Positions 19,403 to 30,010 of a DNA stretch of 64,000 bases are shown here, piece by piece. Source of the stretch: a virus. The stretch is from positions 1 through 64,000 of the IMG/VR virus record IMGVR_UViG_3300042882_000327. One strand, written 5' to 3'. Position 1 is the first letter of the stretch; every line of letters starts with the position of its first letter. The notes under the pieces were generated by a model, which had not been told where the DNA came from, ran no database searches, and saw only the letters and a list, made by a program, of their open reading frames with translations. Made by a program: the position numbers and the translations under genes.

Positions 19403-20197
19403 TTAATTATTTTTGATATTAATCATTTCGGAATTAATGAATATTTTACCCCCTTTTGCTTTAATATTTCTATTAAATTCTAAAAGGTCCGACTCTTCAA
19501 AATTTAATTGTTCATTATATCCTTTATATCTACATCCTCTAGCCATAGCGGATTTAAACATAGATATTCCTCCATGAGCAGAATCTACTTCTATCAAGCC
19601 ATAATTTTTCGGAATCTTGATAAATCTAGAACCGACAAAGATATTCTTAGCATCTTCTAACGACATATAATCTGGTTTATTCTGAACGGCATACCAACAA
19701 TCATAGTCTAACCATCCTTCCTTTCTTAAAGTCCATAAATCATAATAGGTGTTTTGATTTGCAGTCATACCATCCCAAGTATCTAAATCATACTTAAAAC
19801 AACTTAAAATAGCTTCTTCATCCATTTCCTGTGCAGAAACATCGTCAACATCGATCTGAATAAAGAACTCATGTGTATCTAAAATACCTTGATCTTCGCA
19901 AAATTTAATGCCACAATTTCTTGCCGTGGCAATTCTAATTGTTCTGGAATTTATAGTTTGTTCCAATTTCCCCAATGATAATGCATACACATTACTATTT
20001 GTCTTTGAATAATCTTCTAGAACTTGAACACTGTTATCCGTAGAATCGCTTTCTACAAACACACAAGAATAAGATTTGAATAAATTCCCAATCTTTTCTA
20101 TATTTTTAAATACGTCCGGAAGAAATTTTCCGCAATTTCTTACAGGACCAACAAAAACAACCGAGTATTGTTTAGTAATTTCTCTCAAATCTTTCAT
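19403..20197 (-). CDS. GT-A fold glycosyltransferase
   Basis: Motifs ESDS.DNS, IA.ARN, DVDD, YYD.W.LR, V.SAHGG. Confidence 0.75.
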   Translation of the reverse strand: MKDLREITKQYSVVFVGPVRNCGKFLPDVFKNIEKIGNLFKSYSCVFVESDSTDNSVQVLEDYSKTNSNVYALSLGKLEQTINSRTIRIATARNCGIKFCEDQGILDTHEFFIQIDVDDVSAQEMDEEAILSCFKYDLDTWDGMTANQNTYYDLWTLRKEGWLDYDCWYAVQNKPDYMSLEDAKNIFVGSRFIKIPKNYGLIEVDSAHGGISMFKSAMARGCRYKGYNEQLNFEESDLLEFNRNIKAKGGKIFINSEMINIKNN

Positions 20198-21360
20198 AAT
20201 GATTCCAATATATTTTCTAGTTTATCTAGATGTTTAGTATTAACGAACTGACTATTTCCTATGTATAACCCATTATTATGAATTAAATCTGCATTTGTAG
20301 TTTTCTTATCAGTACAAATTTCATATCCTTTTAAGAACGGCTGTTTAAGGAGATTTCCAGAAACAATAGGTCTATATTCAATGTTCTCTTCTTGAAATTT
20401 TTCTTGTAAAATTAACTTAGTATTTTTAGATTTAGCCACAAATGGCAGACAAAAATTACTGGATGTATATGAGAAATCTACCGGATGGAATAATTTATTA
20501 TACTTATCCATGATAGTACAAAATCTCTTGAAATTTTTATTTCTTATTTCAATAGATTTATCCAATTTCTTTAATTGAGATAGTCCCAATACGGCTCCAA
20601 TCTCTGTGTTCCGAAAGTTATATCCATCAGTTATGAATAAAAAAGATTTGTCTATATTGGTATATTTCTTTGCATAATAATCAAAATTGGAAGATTCTCT
20701 AGCCATCCCATGACTTCTCTTCATTTTCATGAGATCATATAACTTCTTATCGCATGTAGAAACAAATCCTCCTTCAACGGAGGTTAAGTGATGACCAAAA
20801 TATGTTGAAAATGTTGCTCCAAGACTATTCGAACCTATACGATTTCCAAGATTATCTAAACATCCATGAGATTCGCAAACATCGTCAATAACCATCGCAT
20901 TAGGAAACAGATCTTGAAAAATGCCAGTTATTCTTGCGGTAGAAGTAAATCCTAGAAGATGCGTGACAAAAATTAATTTAATATCTGGATGTTTTGCTGA
21001 AATATAATCTAAGTTATCATAATTAAAGCTAAAATCCGAAGTATTAATATCGCAAAATATTGGAGTCAATCCAAGTTGCATAATAGGAGCTACATTAGTC
21101 ATCCAAGTACATGCTGGCACAAGAACTTTATCACCATCTTTAAGTTTTAGATACTCTTTAAGTGCTGCGATAAGTAAAAAATTTGCTGTACTACCAGAAG
21201 AGACAAACAAAGAATGTTCACTTCCTAGCCATTCGTTCCATTTATGCTCTAATTCTCTTACCTTTTCTCCATTGGTAAATCTATCAGCCGTCAAAGCAAA
21301 TTTTGCTAGTTTAAATCTATCAGAAAAAGATATTGCATCTTCCATTAATTGCCATTTCAT
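20194..21360 (-). CDS. PLP/PMP-dependent DegT-family enzyme, ColD-like GDP-4-keto-6-deoxymannose 3-dehydratase
   Basis: Motifs SSGSTAN, DDVCESHG, FSTYFGHHLTSVEGG (His replaces the catalytic Lys), GYNFR. Confidence 0.8.
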   Translation of the reverse strand: MKWQLMEDAISFSDRFKLAKFALTADRFTNGEKVRELEHKWNEWLGSEHSLFVSSGSTANFLLIAALKEYLKLKDGDKVLVPACTWMTNVAPIMQLGLTPIFCDINTSDFSFNYDNLDYISAKHPDIKLIFVTHLLGFTSTARITGIFQDLFPNAMVIDDVCESHGCLDNLGNRIGSNSLGATFSTYFGHHLTSVEGGFVSTCDKKLYDLMKMKRSHGMARESSNFDYYAKKYTNIDKSFLFITDGYNFRNTEIGAVLGLSQLKKLDKSIEIRNKNFKRFCTIMDKYNKLFHPVDFSYTSSNFCLPFVAKSKNTKLILQEKFQEENIEYRPIVSGNLLKQPFLKGYEICTDKKTTNADLIHNNGLYIGNSQFVNTKHLDKLENILESL

Positions 21361-22298
21361 TTACAAATCTCCCGATTGTTTCTGAACCATTCTATAGTAA
21401 TTTTCAACCCTTCTTCTAAGTTATACTTAGGTCGCCAACCAAGAGCATATAATTTTTCATTGCATACTTTTCTGCGAGGAGTTCCATTAGGCTTAGAGGT
21501 ATCCCAAATAATTTCTCCCTCAAATTCTGTTAATTCTTTCAACTTCTCTGCCAATTCTTTCATTGTAATCTCATTATCAATTCCAACATTGATAATTTCT
21601 TCAGAATCGTAATTATTCATAGCAAAAATACAAGCGTCTGCTAGATCGTCGCCAAATAAAAACTCTCTTGTAGGAGAACCATCACCCCAACAAGTTATAG
21701 TATCAGCATTATTTTCTTTAGCCGTTACAAACTTATTAATCAATCCGGGGATAACATGACCGTGTTCAATATTGAACCTGTCACCAATACCATACAAATT
21801 AGTAGGCATTAAACTAATACAATTGAATCCATATTGCTTCCTATACTTTTGACACATGGTCAATCCAGCAATTTTAGCTATAGCATATCCATCATTAGTT
21901 GGTTCTAAAGGACCAGTCATCAAATATTCTTCTTTAATAGGTTGTTCGGTGATCTTTGGATAAATACATGCGGAACCGAGGAATAAAAGTTTCTTCACTT
22001 TATAGTCATGAGAACTTTTAATAACATTAGTCTGAATCTGTAAATTTTCTGTAATAAAATCTGCAGGATATAACTTATTATAATTAATTCCTCCAACTTT
22101 AGCAGCCGCTAGAAACACATATTCCGGTCTTTCTGAATCAAAAAACCTTTCTACAGCAAACTGATCAGTCAAATCTAACTCTTTTCTGGATTTAACTAGA
22201 ACATTATTATATCCTTCATCATTCAATTTTCTTAAAATTGCCGACCCTACTAACCCAGTATGACCAGCAACATAAATTTTACTATTCTTTTCCATCAT
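21357..22298 (-). CDS. fcl: GDP-L-fucose synthase / ColC-like epimerase-reductase
   Basis: Motifs AGHTGLVGSA, AAAKVGGI, LGSACIYPK, YAIAK, PTNLYG, WGDGSPTREF. Confidence 0.93.
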   Translation of the reverse strand: MMEKNSKIYVAGHTGLVGSAILRKLNDEGYNNVLVKSRKELDLTDQFAVERFFDSERPEYVFLAAAKVGGINYNKLYPADFITENLQIQTNVIKSSHDYKVKKLLFLGSACIYPKITEQPIKEEYLMTGPLEPTNDGYAIAKIAGLTMCQKYRKQYGFNCISLMPTNLYGIGDRFNIEHGHVIPGLINKFVTAKENNADTITCWGDGSPTREFLFGDDLADACIFAMNNYDSEEIINVGIDNEITMKELAEKLKELTEFEGEIIWDTSKPNGTPRRKVCNEKLYALGWRPKYNLEEGLKITIEWFRNNREICK

Positions 22299-23128
22299 TT
22301 AACTCCAAAATAATCTTTATGCTTAATAACCAAATATCTTCTATTCCTTTCATATATAGCACCAACTTGGTCATTGTATGATGACGGTTTGTCCGACCTC
22401 ATAGTTCCCCAATTAACATCACTTCTAAATTTAAGACCATAAACTCCATTGACATAGCCCGATTTATTGAGGCGAATGCTCATATCATGACAATCGAATC
22501 CACATGGAGCTAAATTCATATCAAAGAAACCAACTTCTCTATATCTTCCCCATAGCATACAAGTAGGGCTTCTAATAGCAATCTCGGAGACTTTAAATTC
22601 GTTATGCTTTACAACTTCATGAAAATTCCATTGTAGTTGGTTCCAATGTCCAAACTCCGATTCTTTATAATTCTCTTCTTTCAAATCTCCACCAGAAGTA
22701 TATACATCAACACCCAATCGCATAGATATATAACCTAGATTGGTATTGTCATTGAATAAAGTATCGAATTTCAAATCAATATCCGGTTCATCTAAGATCA
22801 CATCATCTTGAATAGAGAATATTAAATCTTCATCCTTTGGGGAAAAGTTTTTCTCAATGAATTCCAATCCCGTATTAAGACATTCAATTTCATGAACGTC
22901 GTTCATACGCAGGATATGAAAATTATTTTTATACTTATAATTTTCTTTAAATGCTAAAACCTTTTCTTCTGTTTTATCATAACAACCATCCAAAATACAT
23001 ATGACAGTAGGTTCGGTTTTATTAGAATGACTTGTTTCAATACCTTTTAGTACATTTTCAATAAGTTCTTCTTTGTTATGTACAGGTAAAATATAATATG
23101 AATTACTCATAGAGAATGCCCTCGTCAA
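22295..23128 (-). CDS. GT2-like glycosyltransferase
   Basis: Motifs LPVHN, DGC.DKT, QDD, GFFD..LAP. Confidence 0.75.
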   Translation of the reverse strand: MTRAFSMSNSYYILPVHNKEELIENVLKGIETSHSNKTEPTVICILDGCYDKTEEKVLAFKENYKYKNNFHILRMNDVHEIECLNTGLEFIEKNFSPKDEDLIFSIQDDVILDEPDIDLKFDTLFNDNTNLGYISMRLGVDVYTSGGDLKEENYKESEFGHWNQLQWNFHEVVKHNEFKVSEIAIRSPTCMLWGRYREVGFFDMNLAPCGFDCHDMSIRLNKSGYVNGVYGLKFRSDVNWGTMRSDKPSSYNDQVGAIYERNRRYLVIKHKDYFGVK

Positions 23129-23804
23129 ATTTATACTCTAATGGAACAGATTTGGAATTGAACTTTTTCATTTCTTCGAGTGACGGAGCATATAACGGCA
23201 TATCATTTTCGTCATATCCATTCCCGCAGAATGAATATGGGTTTTTCAATTGTTTTCTAGTTTCTTTAAACCACCCTTCGTCATCCATACTGTGAATCAT
23301 CATCGATTCTTTTACTACTGGATATATATGATCCCTGAGATAAAATTGATCGGACAGATAATACTTTTGAGTGAACATGTAGTATTTCATAATTTCATAC
23401 AAATTGTTATCAAAACATCCTTTATACGCAAAAGCACATCCTATAATTGGAAATTCAAAATGAGCATCATGATCCCTAAAAACGTGAAAGTCTTTGTCAG
23501 AATCCAACCATTCAGTAATAGCTTTAACTTCCCTAATAGTTATTCTACTATCAGAATCTCGTACCATAACAATATTATTAGAATCTTCAAACATAGGAAT
23601 AAACCTATGAAACATAGCAAAACTTCCATCATTAATTACAACGATTTCAATTTCTGTTTGATCGTTAAATTTACTAGCTTCATCAGTATAAATTCTAACT
23701 TTCCAATCTGGATAATACCTATTACAGAGTTCAATTTGCTTTTTAGCTCCGATAATATATCTGGGGTCATTACCCCAGACACTCATAGAAATAATTTTAT
23801 TCAT
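23103..23804 (-). CDS. putative GT-A-like protein
   Basis: Motifs S.S.WG..PRY, YPDW..RIY, RD.DSR, RDH..H, DQ.YL; inside the sugar cluster. Confidence 0.6.
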   Translation of the reverse strand: MNKIISMSVWGNDPRYIIGAKKQIELCNRYYPDWKVRIYTDEASKFNDQTEIEIVVINDGSFAMFHRFIPMFEDSNNIVMVRDSDSRITIREVKAITEWLDSDKDFHVFRDHDAHFEFPIIGCAFAYKGCFDNNLYEIMKYYMFTQKYYLSDQFYLRDHIYPVVKESMMIHSMDDEGWFKETRKQLKNPYSFCGNGYDENDMPLYAPSLEEMKKFNSKSVPLEYKFDEGILYE

Positions 23805-23805
23805 A

Positions 23806-24825
23806 TTAGCCCTTATTTCTCTCATGATTACACATTTCAATTACCAAGTCTTCGAAAGAATACTTAGGTTTCCAATTCAAGATGGTTCGTGCCTTTGTTG
23901 AATCACCTAGTAATGTTGCTACTTCAGTAGGTCTGAAATATTTTGGATCTACCCTAACTACTGTTTTTCCGGAATTAACATCAATCCCAACTTCGTCCAA
24001 CCCTTCTCCAGACCATTCGATCTTCATATCAAATTGAGGAGCACAGGATTCTACAAATTGTCTGACGGAATATTGCTCTCCAGTTGCAACAACATAGTCA
24101 TCTGGCTTGTCATGCTGTAGCATCAAATACATTGCTTCGCAATAATCTTTTGCATGTCCCCAATCTCTAAGAGCATTAAGATTACCAAGATATAAGCAAT
24201 CGTCTTTGTTATTTCTAATTGCATTCAATCCCATGACAATTTTTTGAGTTACAAAGGTTTCACCTCTTCGCGGAGATTCATGATTGAATAGAATACCATT
24301 ACAAGCAAAAATATTATATGCTTCTCTATAGTTCTTGAGAATCCAGAATCCATAAAGTTTAGCAACCCCATATGGACTTCTTGGATAGAAGGGAGTTGTT
24401 TCCGATTGAGGGATTTCTTGAACAAGCCCATATAATTCCGATGTGGACGCTTGATAGAACTTCACTTTATCTTCCATTCCAAGAAGACGAATAGATTCAA
24501 GAATTCTAAGAGTTCCCAATGCATCTACGTTTCCAGTATATTCTGGAATTTCAAATGAAACTTTCACATGAGATTGTGCTGCAAGATTATAAATCTCGTC
24601 CGGTTTAATTGCTTGAATCAATCCAGTGACATTAAGAGAATCGGTCACATCCCCATAGTGCAATTTAAATTTCTTATTACTATATAAATGATTGACACGA
24701 TCAGTATTGAAGGAAGAACTCCTACGCTTAACACCGTGTACTTCGTATCCTTTTTCTAAAAGGATTTCTGACAAATATGAACCATCTTGACCAGTGATTC
24801 CTAGAATTAACGCCACTTTACTCAT
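23806..24825 (-). CDS. gmd: GDP-mannose 4,6-dehydratase
   Basis: Motifs [41 protein letters not shown]. Confidence 0.97.
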   Translation of the reverse strand: MSKVALILGITGQDGSYLSEILLEKGYEVHGVKRRSSSFNTDRVNHLYSNKKFKLHYGDVTDSLNVTGLIQAIKPDEIYNLAAQSHVKVSFEIPEYTGNVDALGTLRILESIRLLGMEDKVKFYQASTSELYGLVQEIPQSETTPFYPRSPYGVAKLYGFWILKNYREAYNIFACNGILFNHESPRRGETFVTQKIVMGLNAIRNNKDDCLYLGNLNALRDWGHAKDYCEAMYLMLQHDKPDDYVVATGEQYSVRQFVESCAPQFDMKIEWSGEGLDEVGIDVNSGKTVVRVDPKYFRPTEVATLLGDSTKARTILNWKPKYSFEDLVIEMCNHERNKG

Positions 24826-24840
24826 AATACCTCCAAATCA

Positions 24841-25794
24841 TTACCAAATAAAATTATTTTTATAATAATCCACTACATGTTGAATTTCTTGCTCGAAGTT
24901 GGTGTCCGGTTGCCACCCAAGAGACTTCAATTTTGAATCGTCTATCGAATATCGTACATCTTGTCCGAGCCTGTTATAATTATAGTCTATAAAGTCAGAA
25001 TAGTCACTATATTTTTCATCGAAAAAATTGTCGATGATCATTTTTATCACATTGATGTTCTTATCTTCATAATTTCCGGATATGTTATATATATCATTCA
25101 TAACACCAGCTTCTATAATTTTCATTACAGCGGAAGCAGTATCCTTCACTGATAGCCAAGTTCTTTTAGGTTCTCCCTTTTCATGTAAAGGAATTTTTCT
25201 GTTTAATGTAAGATTTTTACATGCTTTTGGAATTAATTTTTCCACATATTGCCCAATACCATAGTTATTAGTTGGTCGAACAATAATATACGGAACACTA
25301 AAAGTTCTAGCCCATGCAAGAATAAGCATATCCGCAGAGGCTTTTGATGCCGAATAGGGGTTGGATGGTTTTAATAGATCAGTTTCTTTATGAGAACCAA
25401 CATTTATATCCCCATACACTTCATCTGTACTGAAATGTAAAAATATAGGCATTTTAAATTTATGCTTCTGTTTAATCAATTCTAGTAAATGATGCACACC
25501 ATTTATATTAGAGTTTAGAAATACATTAGAACTAATAATAGAATTATCTACGTGTGTTTCTGCGGCAGTATTAATAACATAATCACAATCATATAGATAG
25601 TCCAAATCATTAATATCAGATTCTATAAATTTGAATTTTTCATATTCTAAGAAAGTTTTTAATAGATTTTGATTTGCCGCATATGTAATTTTATCAACCC
25701 CAATTACATACCATCCTTTATCTAAACATTCTTTTGTTATATGAGATCCGATAAATCCCAAACATCCCGTAACATATACTATCTTTTTAGACAC
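24841..25794 (-). CDS. rmlB: dTDP-glucose 4,6-dehydratase-like enzyme
   Basis: Motifs TG..GFIG, DKITYAA, AAETHVDNSI, STDEVYG, PYSASK, NNYG..Q..EK.IP. Confidence 0.88.
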   Translation of the reverse strand: MSKKIVYVTGCLGFIGSHITKECLDKGWYVIGVDKITYAANQNLLKTFLEYEKFKFIESDINDLDYLYDCDYVINTAAETHVDNSIISSNVFLNSNINGVHHLLELIKQKHKFKMPIFLHFSTDEVYGDINVGSHKETDLLKPSNPYSASKASADMLILAWARTFSVPYIIVRPTNNYGIGQYVEKLIPKACKNLTLNRKIPLHEKGEPKRTWLSVKDTASAVMKIIEAGVMNDIYNISGNYEDKNINVIKMIIDNFFDEKYSDYSDFIDYNYNRLGQDVRYSIDDSKLKSLGWQPDTNFEQEIQHVVDYYKNNFIW

Positions 25795-25806
25795 TAAACT
25801 TCTCCA

Positions 25807-26592
25807 TTATATTTTATAATCAATTAGTCCTTGATTCATACCTTTTAAGTTCAATTTTAAAGAACTCAATCTAGAACCATTACCAGTATAATTAAGACCT
25901 ACATTTTTTATAATTACTTTATTAGGTAAATTATGTATTTTTATAAATTCGTCAACAACTTCACTCAATAGCAATTTAGTAGTATAAACAAGATTCAAAT
26001 CTTTATAAAAACATTCTTTATCTATATAGTTCTCAACCACAGTAAGAACATCATCCAATGAAATATAATCAAAATATTTGTTATCTATTTTTATAGGTTC
26101 TTTAGTCAGAATTTTTTTGAATAGTTTACTATTATTTTCAGTATCATGGAAGCATCCAAACAACCGTAAATTATAAAAATTATCTATAGGAAACATCATA
26201 CGGGATATAATATTTTTACTCATCCCATAATGATCAAAAGGAGAACACGCAAATATGCTCTCCTCTTTTAAATTATTGATATGAAATCTCCTATCAAACT
26301 CCGCTCCAGATCCGAAATTAATTAATTTCCCAAATTCTTCTCTTAGTAGATATAAATTATTAAACATTACCAAATTCTGATGATATGCTTTTGCATTAAA
26401 CATCATTTTGGTATCTGTATTAGAAGCGCAATTTATAATAACATCTGGTTTATGAATTTTTAATAAACTTCTAACTTCGTTAAAATCTTCCAAGTCTACA
26501 TCTTTTCTGGATACTGGAATAGCTTCTAAGTTTTTAGACAGAAACTTTCCAATAAATCCAGAAGCCCCTAAAACAAGTATTTTATTTTCCAT
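25807..26592 (-). CDS. extended SDR NDP-sugar reductase/epimerase
   Basis: Motifs GASGFIG, FGSGAE, YGMSK, LRLFG. Confidence 0.8.
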   Translation of the reverse strand: MENKILVLGASGFIGKFLSKNLEAIPVSRKDVDLEDFNEVRSLLKIHKPDVIINCASNTDTKMMFNAKAYHQNLVMFNNLYLLREEFGKLINFGSGAEFDRRFHINNLKEESIFACSPFDHYGMSKNIISRMMFPIDNFYNLRLFGCFHDTENNSKLFKKILTKEPIKIDNKYFDYISLDDVLTVVENYIDKECFYKDLNLVYTTKLLLSEVVDEFIKIHNLPNKVIIKNVGLNYTGNGSRLSSLKLNLKGMNQGLIDYKI

Positions 26593-27124
26593 AATCGGAA
26601 AATTCTACTAGTATAGTATTCTTTCGATCAGTTCTAGTATATGCAAGTTTATATGATGGTAGTATTTTATCGGGGGAATCTAGTTCCAAAACATCCGTAT
26701 TTTGCAACATTTTTCTAAAAGATTCTGAAAAATTACCTTTGTGTTGATCTTGAGGATTAATAGGGGTTTCAGAACCGACTGCAACTCTAATAATTACCTT
26801 TGGTACATATCCCATATCAGACATAGAAACCATTTTATCCAAATGATTTACTAACTGATCTGCAGCACATAATAGAAAATTCCATCTTGGGAAGATAGAT
26901 ACCGGAATAAAACCATTTAAAGCCATTCCAATAGAAAACCCAACTTGGAAATTTTCTGCAATTGGGAATTCCATTTTTCTTTCGGGAGGAACAAGATTCA
27001 TAGTGTCGTACAATCCAGTACCTTCATATTCTATCGCCTGTCCAATAAAAATTGTATCCGGTTGCTTGGAAAGCCATTCCATAGCAGAAGATAATTCATT
27101 TTTGTATATTAATTGATCGTTCAT
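26582..27124 (-). CDS. TPP-dependent E1 beta-like subunit (pyrimidine-binding domain only)
   Basis: Motifs E.PIAEN...G..IG.A..G, ADQLVN, QH; lacks the C-terminal domain. Confidence 0.85.
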   Translation of the reverse strand: MNDQLIYKNELSSAMEWLSKQPDTIFIGQAIEYEGTGLYDTMNLVPPERKMEFPIAENFQVGFSIGMALNGFIPVSIFPRWNFLLCAADQLVNHLDKMVSMSDMGYVPKVIIRVAVGSETPINPQDQHKGNFSESFRKMLQNTDVLELDSPDKILPSYKLAYTRTDRKNTILVEFSDYGK

Positions 27125-27753
27125 TAGAATTGTACCCTCACACCAGCCCCGGCATGGGGATATACTTTATTACTATATTCATAATAAATCAAATTGGAAG
27201 ATTCGTACCATTTTCTAGAGTAATTTTTCGGAAGATACCAAGGTACAGTTCTCCCCCAAATCTTTTCCGTTGGAGTAGTTACAGAAAGTTTATTATTTTC
27301 AACCACAAATGTAATTGGTAATTCATGATTTACAGAATACTTATATGCTTCATGAAAAGCGCCCGTTTCAGCACTCATATCCCCTACCCAACACCAAACT
27401 CTAGATCCAGATTCTTTATTTCTTAAAATAGATTCCGCAATACCAACTGCAATAGACGGAATGCCTCCGACGATAGAAGAAGAAACAATCTTATACTCAG
27501 CAAGATTCATTACCATACTTTTTCCAGCAATAATTTTATCCAATAAAACATTTTCCGGAACACCTTTCAATAGGCATTGGTAATGATTTCTCCAAGTACA
27601 ACAAACCCAATCATTATGTATATCAATTTTTTCAAAAACTTTGAGAATTTGTTTTTCGTTTCCGTGATATAAATGGACGGGAGATCGTATTTCTTTATTA
27701 TTAAATCGTCTAGCAACTTCCGTCTCAAATTTAATTAATTGTTTAACGTTCAT
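27124..27753 (-). CDS. TPP-dependent E1 alpha-like subunit (short)
   Basis: Motifs HL..GNE, T.RNH, SIVGG, GD...ETG..HEA...N (TPP motif). Confidence 0.85.
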   Translation of the reverse strand: MNVKQLIKFETEVARRFNNKEIRSPVHLYHGNEKQILKVFEKIDIHNDWVCCTWRNHYQCLLKGVPENVLLDKIIAGKSMVMNLAEYKIVSSSIVGGIPSIAVGIAESILRNKESGSRVWCWVGDMSAETGAFHEAYKYSVNHELPITFVVENNKLSVTTPTEKIWGRTVPWYLPKNYSRKWYESSNLIYYEYSNKVYPHAGAGVRVQF

Positions 27754-29087
27754 AGTTTACTCATAAATTCATCGACACAAATTCCAATATACTTAATCTG
27801 TTCTGGAGTTATAACAGGACTAGTTCCATGAAATAATGTATTTGTTGTGGAGAAAGTTGCATTCGGATATTCATTTCTAGCAGTTTCCAAATCCATTAAA
27901 TGCGAATATGCAGGTTGTAACATAATATTACCAGCAAAATATGGTCTAGTCTGGATCTTTTTATCTTCCAAAAAATTCACATAATCAAACCGTTTAAAAG
28001 GGGCATCCTTTTTAATTGTAAGAGGGAATGCAAACCAACTAGGATCTGATCCATTTGTCGCCCTTGGTAGATGAAAATATTCTTCATACTTTTTATATAT
28101 ATCAAATAAAAGATTATAATTTCTTTTGCGAAGAGTTGTAATCTCATCAAGCTTTTCAAGTTGATGTAACCCCATCGATGCTTGAAGTTCAATGGGCTTT
28201 AAGTTGTAACCAATTTCATCATAAACATATTTGTGATCAAAAGTCTCATCAGGAAGAGCAGGAATCCAATTTTTAAAACGAGATTTACAAGTTCCGCATT
28301 TAAGCGTGTTTGCCTTTGGACCAACACAATAACATCCTCTCCCCCATTCTCTAAGACTTCTTAAAATAACTTCGATTTCAGCAGATTTGGAAGCAACAAA
28401 TCCTCCTTCTCCCATAGTAATATGATGAGCGGGATAAAAACTACATGATGCCATTTCTCCAAAACTTCCTAATGGTTCACCATTATATGTAGAACCTAAA
28501 GCATCGCAACAATCTTCAAGAAGAACAAGGTTATACTTCTTAACTAAATCCATTACTTGATCCATGTTAGGAGGATTTCCCAATACATGTGCAAATGTGA
28601 TTACTTTTACATCATGTTTCTTTATTAAATCTTCTGCTTTAGTCAAATCCAAATTGAGAGTATCTAATTCAATATCCAAAAATACTGGATCAAAGCCCAT
28701 TTGTAATGTTGGATTTAGTGTCGTGGGAAATCCAGCAATAGGCATTAATACTTTTGTTCCTTTTGGAAATCCATAATAACTCTTGGATGCCAAAGCATTC
28801 ATCATTAATAAATTTGAACTAGAACCACTATTAGTTAGAATACCATATTTTTTACCAAAAAATTTAGGGAATTTTCTCTCAAACTTTAGAGAATCTTCAC
28901 CCATTACTAACCACCCAGCCAATAACGTTTTTACTGCTGCAACATATTCATTATGATCAAAATACGGACCAGCATAATTAACATAATTTTCCCCAGCTAC
29001 CCAATTTCTTGAAGCGTTTTTATTCCTAATAAACGCTTCAACTTGCGACAGAATCGAATCCAAATGTTCCATAATAATTATCCCCAA
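27750..29087 (-). CDS. rfbH: CDP-4-keto-6-deoxyglucose 3-dehydratase (E1, RfbH/DdhC)
   Basis: Motifs NSGSSSNLL, FAHVLGNP, EDCCDALG, SFYPAHHITMGEGG, WGRGCYC...C, DHKY.Y..IGYNLK. Confidence 0.9.
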   Translation of the reverse strand: MGIIIMEHLDSILSQVEAFIRNKNASRNWVAGENYVNYAGPYFDHNEYVAAVKTLLAGWLVMGEDSLKFERKFPKFFGKKYGILTNSGSSSNLLMMNALASKSYYGFPKGTKVLMPIAGFPTTLNPTLQMGFDPVFLDIELDTLNLDLTKAEDLIKKHDVKVITFAHVLGNPPNMDQVMDLVKKYNLVLLEDCCDALGSTYNGEPLGSFGEMASCSFYPAHHITMGEGGFVASKSAEIEVILRSLREWGRGCYCVGPKANTLKCGTCKSRFKNWIPALPDETFDHKYVYDEIGYNLKPIELQASMGLHQLEKLDEITTLRKRNYNLLFDIYKKYEEYFHLPRATNGSDPSWFAFPLTIKKDAPFKRFDYVNFLEDKKIQTRPYFAGNIMLQPAYSHLMDLETARNEYPNATFSTTNTLFHGTSPVITPEQIKYIGICVDEFMSKL

Positions 29088-30010
29088 TAAGCAAATGTAG
29101 TTTCTAGAAAAGAGAATTCTTTTCTTCGTTGTGGAGCATCAATTTCTAATGGATATATCCAATGTTCATTAAACATTTCTTGCCATTTTGCATATCCAAC
29201 ATTTTGAGTCCATCTATTTCCTTTAATTCCAAAATATAATTGTAATATTCCTCCCGTTTGAATTCCCACTTTTCCTTGTTGTTTCGCATGGTCTGCGTAA
29301 AAAGGAGATTGATGAGACACCGAAGTTAACAAAACATCATAATCATATTTGTCAATTTCTCGTTTAATATAATCCAACAACTTTTCAAAAGTATTACAAC
29401 CTTGATATTGCCTATCATCTAACATAGGATGATAAGGAGAACGAATACAACCAACCAAATCGAATGGAACTATTTTATCTTTTCTATCTCCCCAAATCAA
29501 GTCTATCTTTTCCCACTGACTCATTATGGATTCATAATGAGAAGAAATTACCAAAACTTTTTTTCCTTTCAGATATTGGGTCCAAGGATTTTCGACATAT
29601 CCAACTTCTGCTTCGCCAACTAATAATCCAGGATCTAATACATGATACGTATGCCCAGAATAAAAAATAGGTATATTTGAAAATTGCGATAGGAATTTCT
29701 GATTGCGCGAAATGTCGCCAGAAATATCAACAAATCCAAGGATATCCGAATTTTTCATCACTTTAATTGTTTCCGGATATACATACGAATATACATAATC
29801 CATTGATCTGGGATTAATTCCAGCTTCAATTAGTGTATTCTCATTGAAGAATTGATGGACAGGAAGAGTTCCTTTATCCATACAATCCAAAACATATCCT
29901 GCAGTATTATCTATACGAACAATAGAAAATGATTTATCTTCTTTTAGCCATGCGGCAATAGTATCATTCAACTCAACAAAATTATTAGAAACGTACATAT
30001 CACTTACCAA
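29078..30010 (-). CDS. putative glycosyltransferase (GT-D-like?)
   Basis: Motifs S.VR, PW...LKGKKVLVIS, GGILQL.FGI.G.RW; inside the sugar cluster. Confidence 0.5.
   Translation of the reverse strand: MVSDMYVSNNFVELNDTIAAWLKEDKSFSIVRIDNTAGYVLDCMDKGTLPVHQFFNENTLIEAGINPRSMDYVYSYVYPETIKVMKNSDILGFVDISGDISRNQKFLSQFSNIPIFYSGHTYHVLDPGLLVGEAEVGYVENPWTQYLKGKKVLVISSHYESIMSQWEKIDLIWGDRKDKIVPFDLVGCIRSPYHPMLDDRQYQGCNTFEKLLDYIKREIDKYDYDVLLTSVSHQSPFYADHAKQQGKVGIQTGGILQLYFGIKGNRWTQNVGYAKWQEMFNEHWIYPLEIDAPQRRKEFSFLETTFAYWG

Noticed and set aside
26582-27753. Pyruvate dehydrogenase as a central-metabolism AMG
   Set aside because: Both subunits are truncated, there is no E2 or E3, and they sit between rfbH and sugar reductases.
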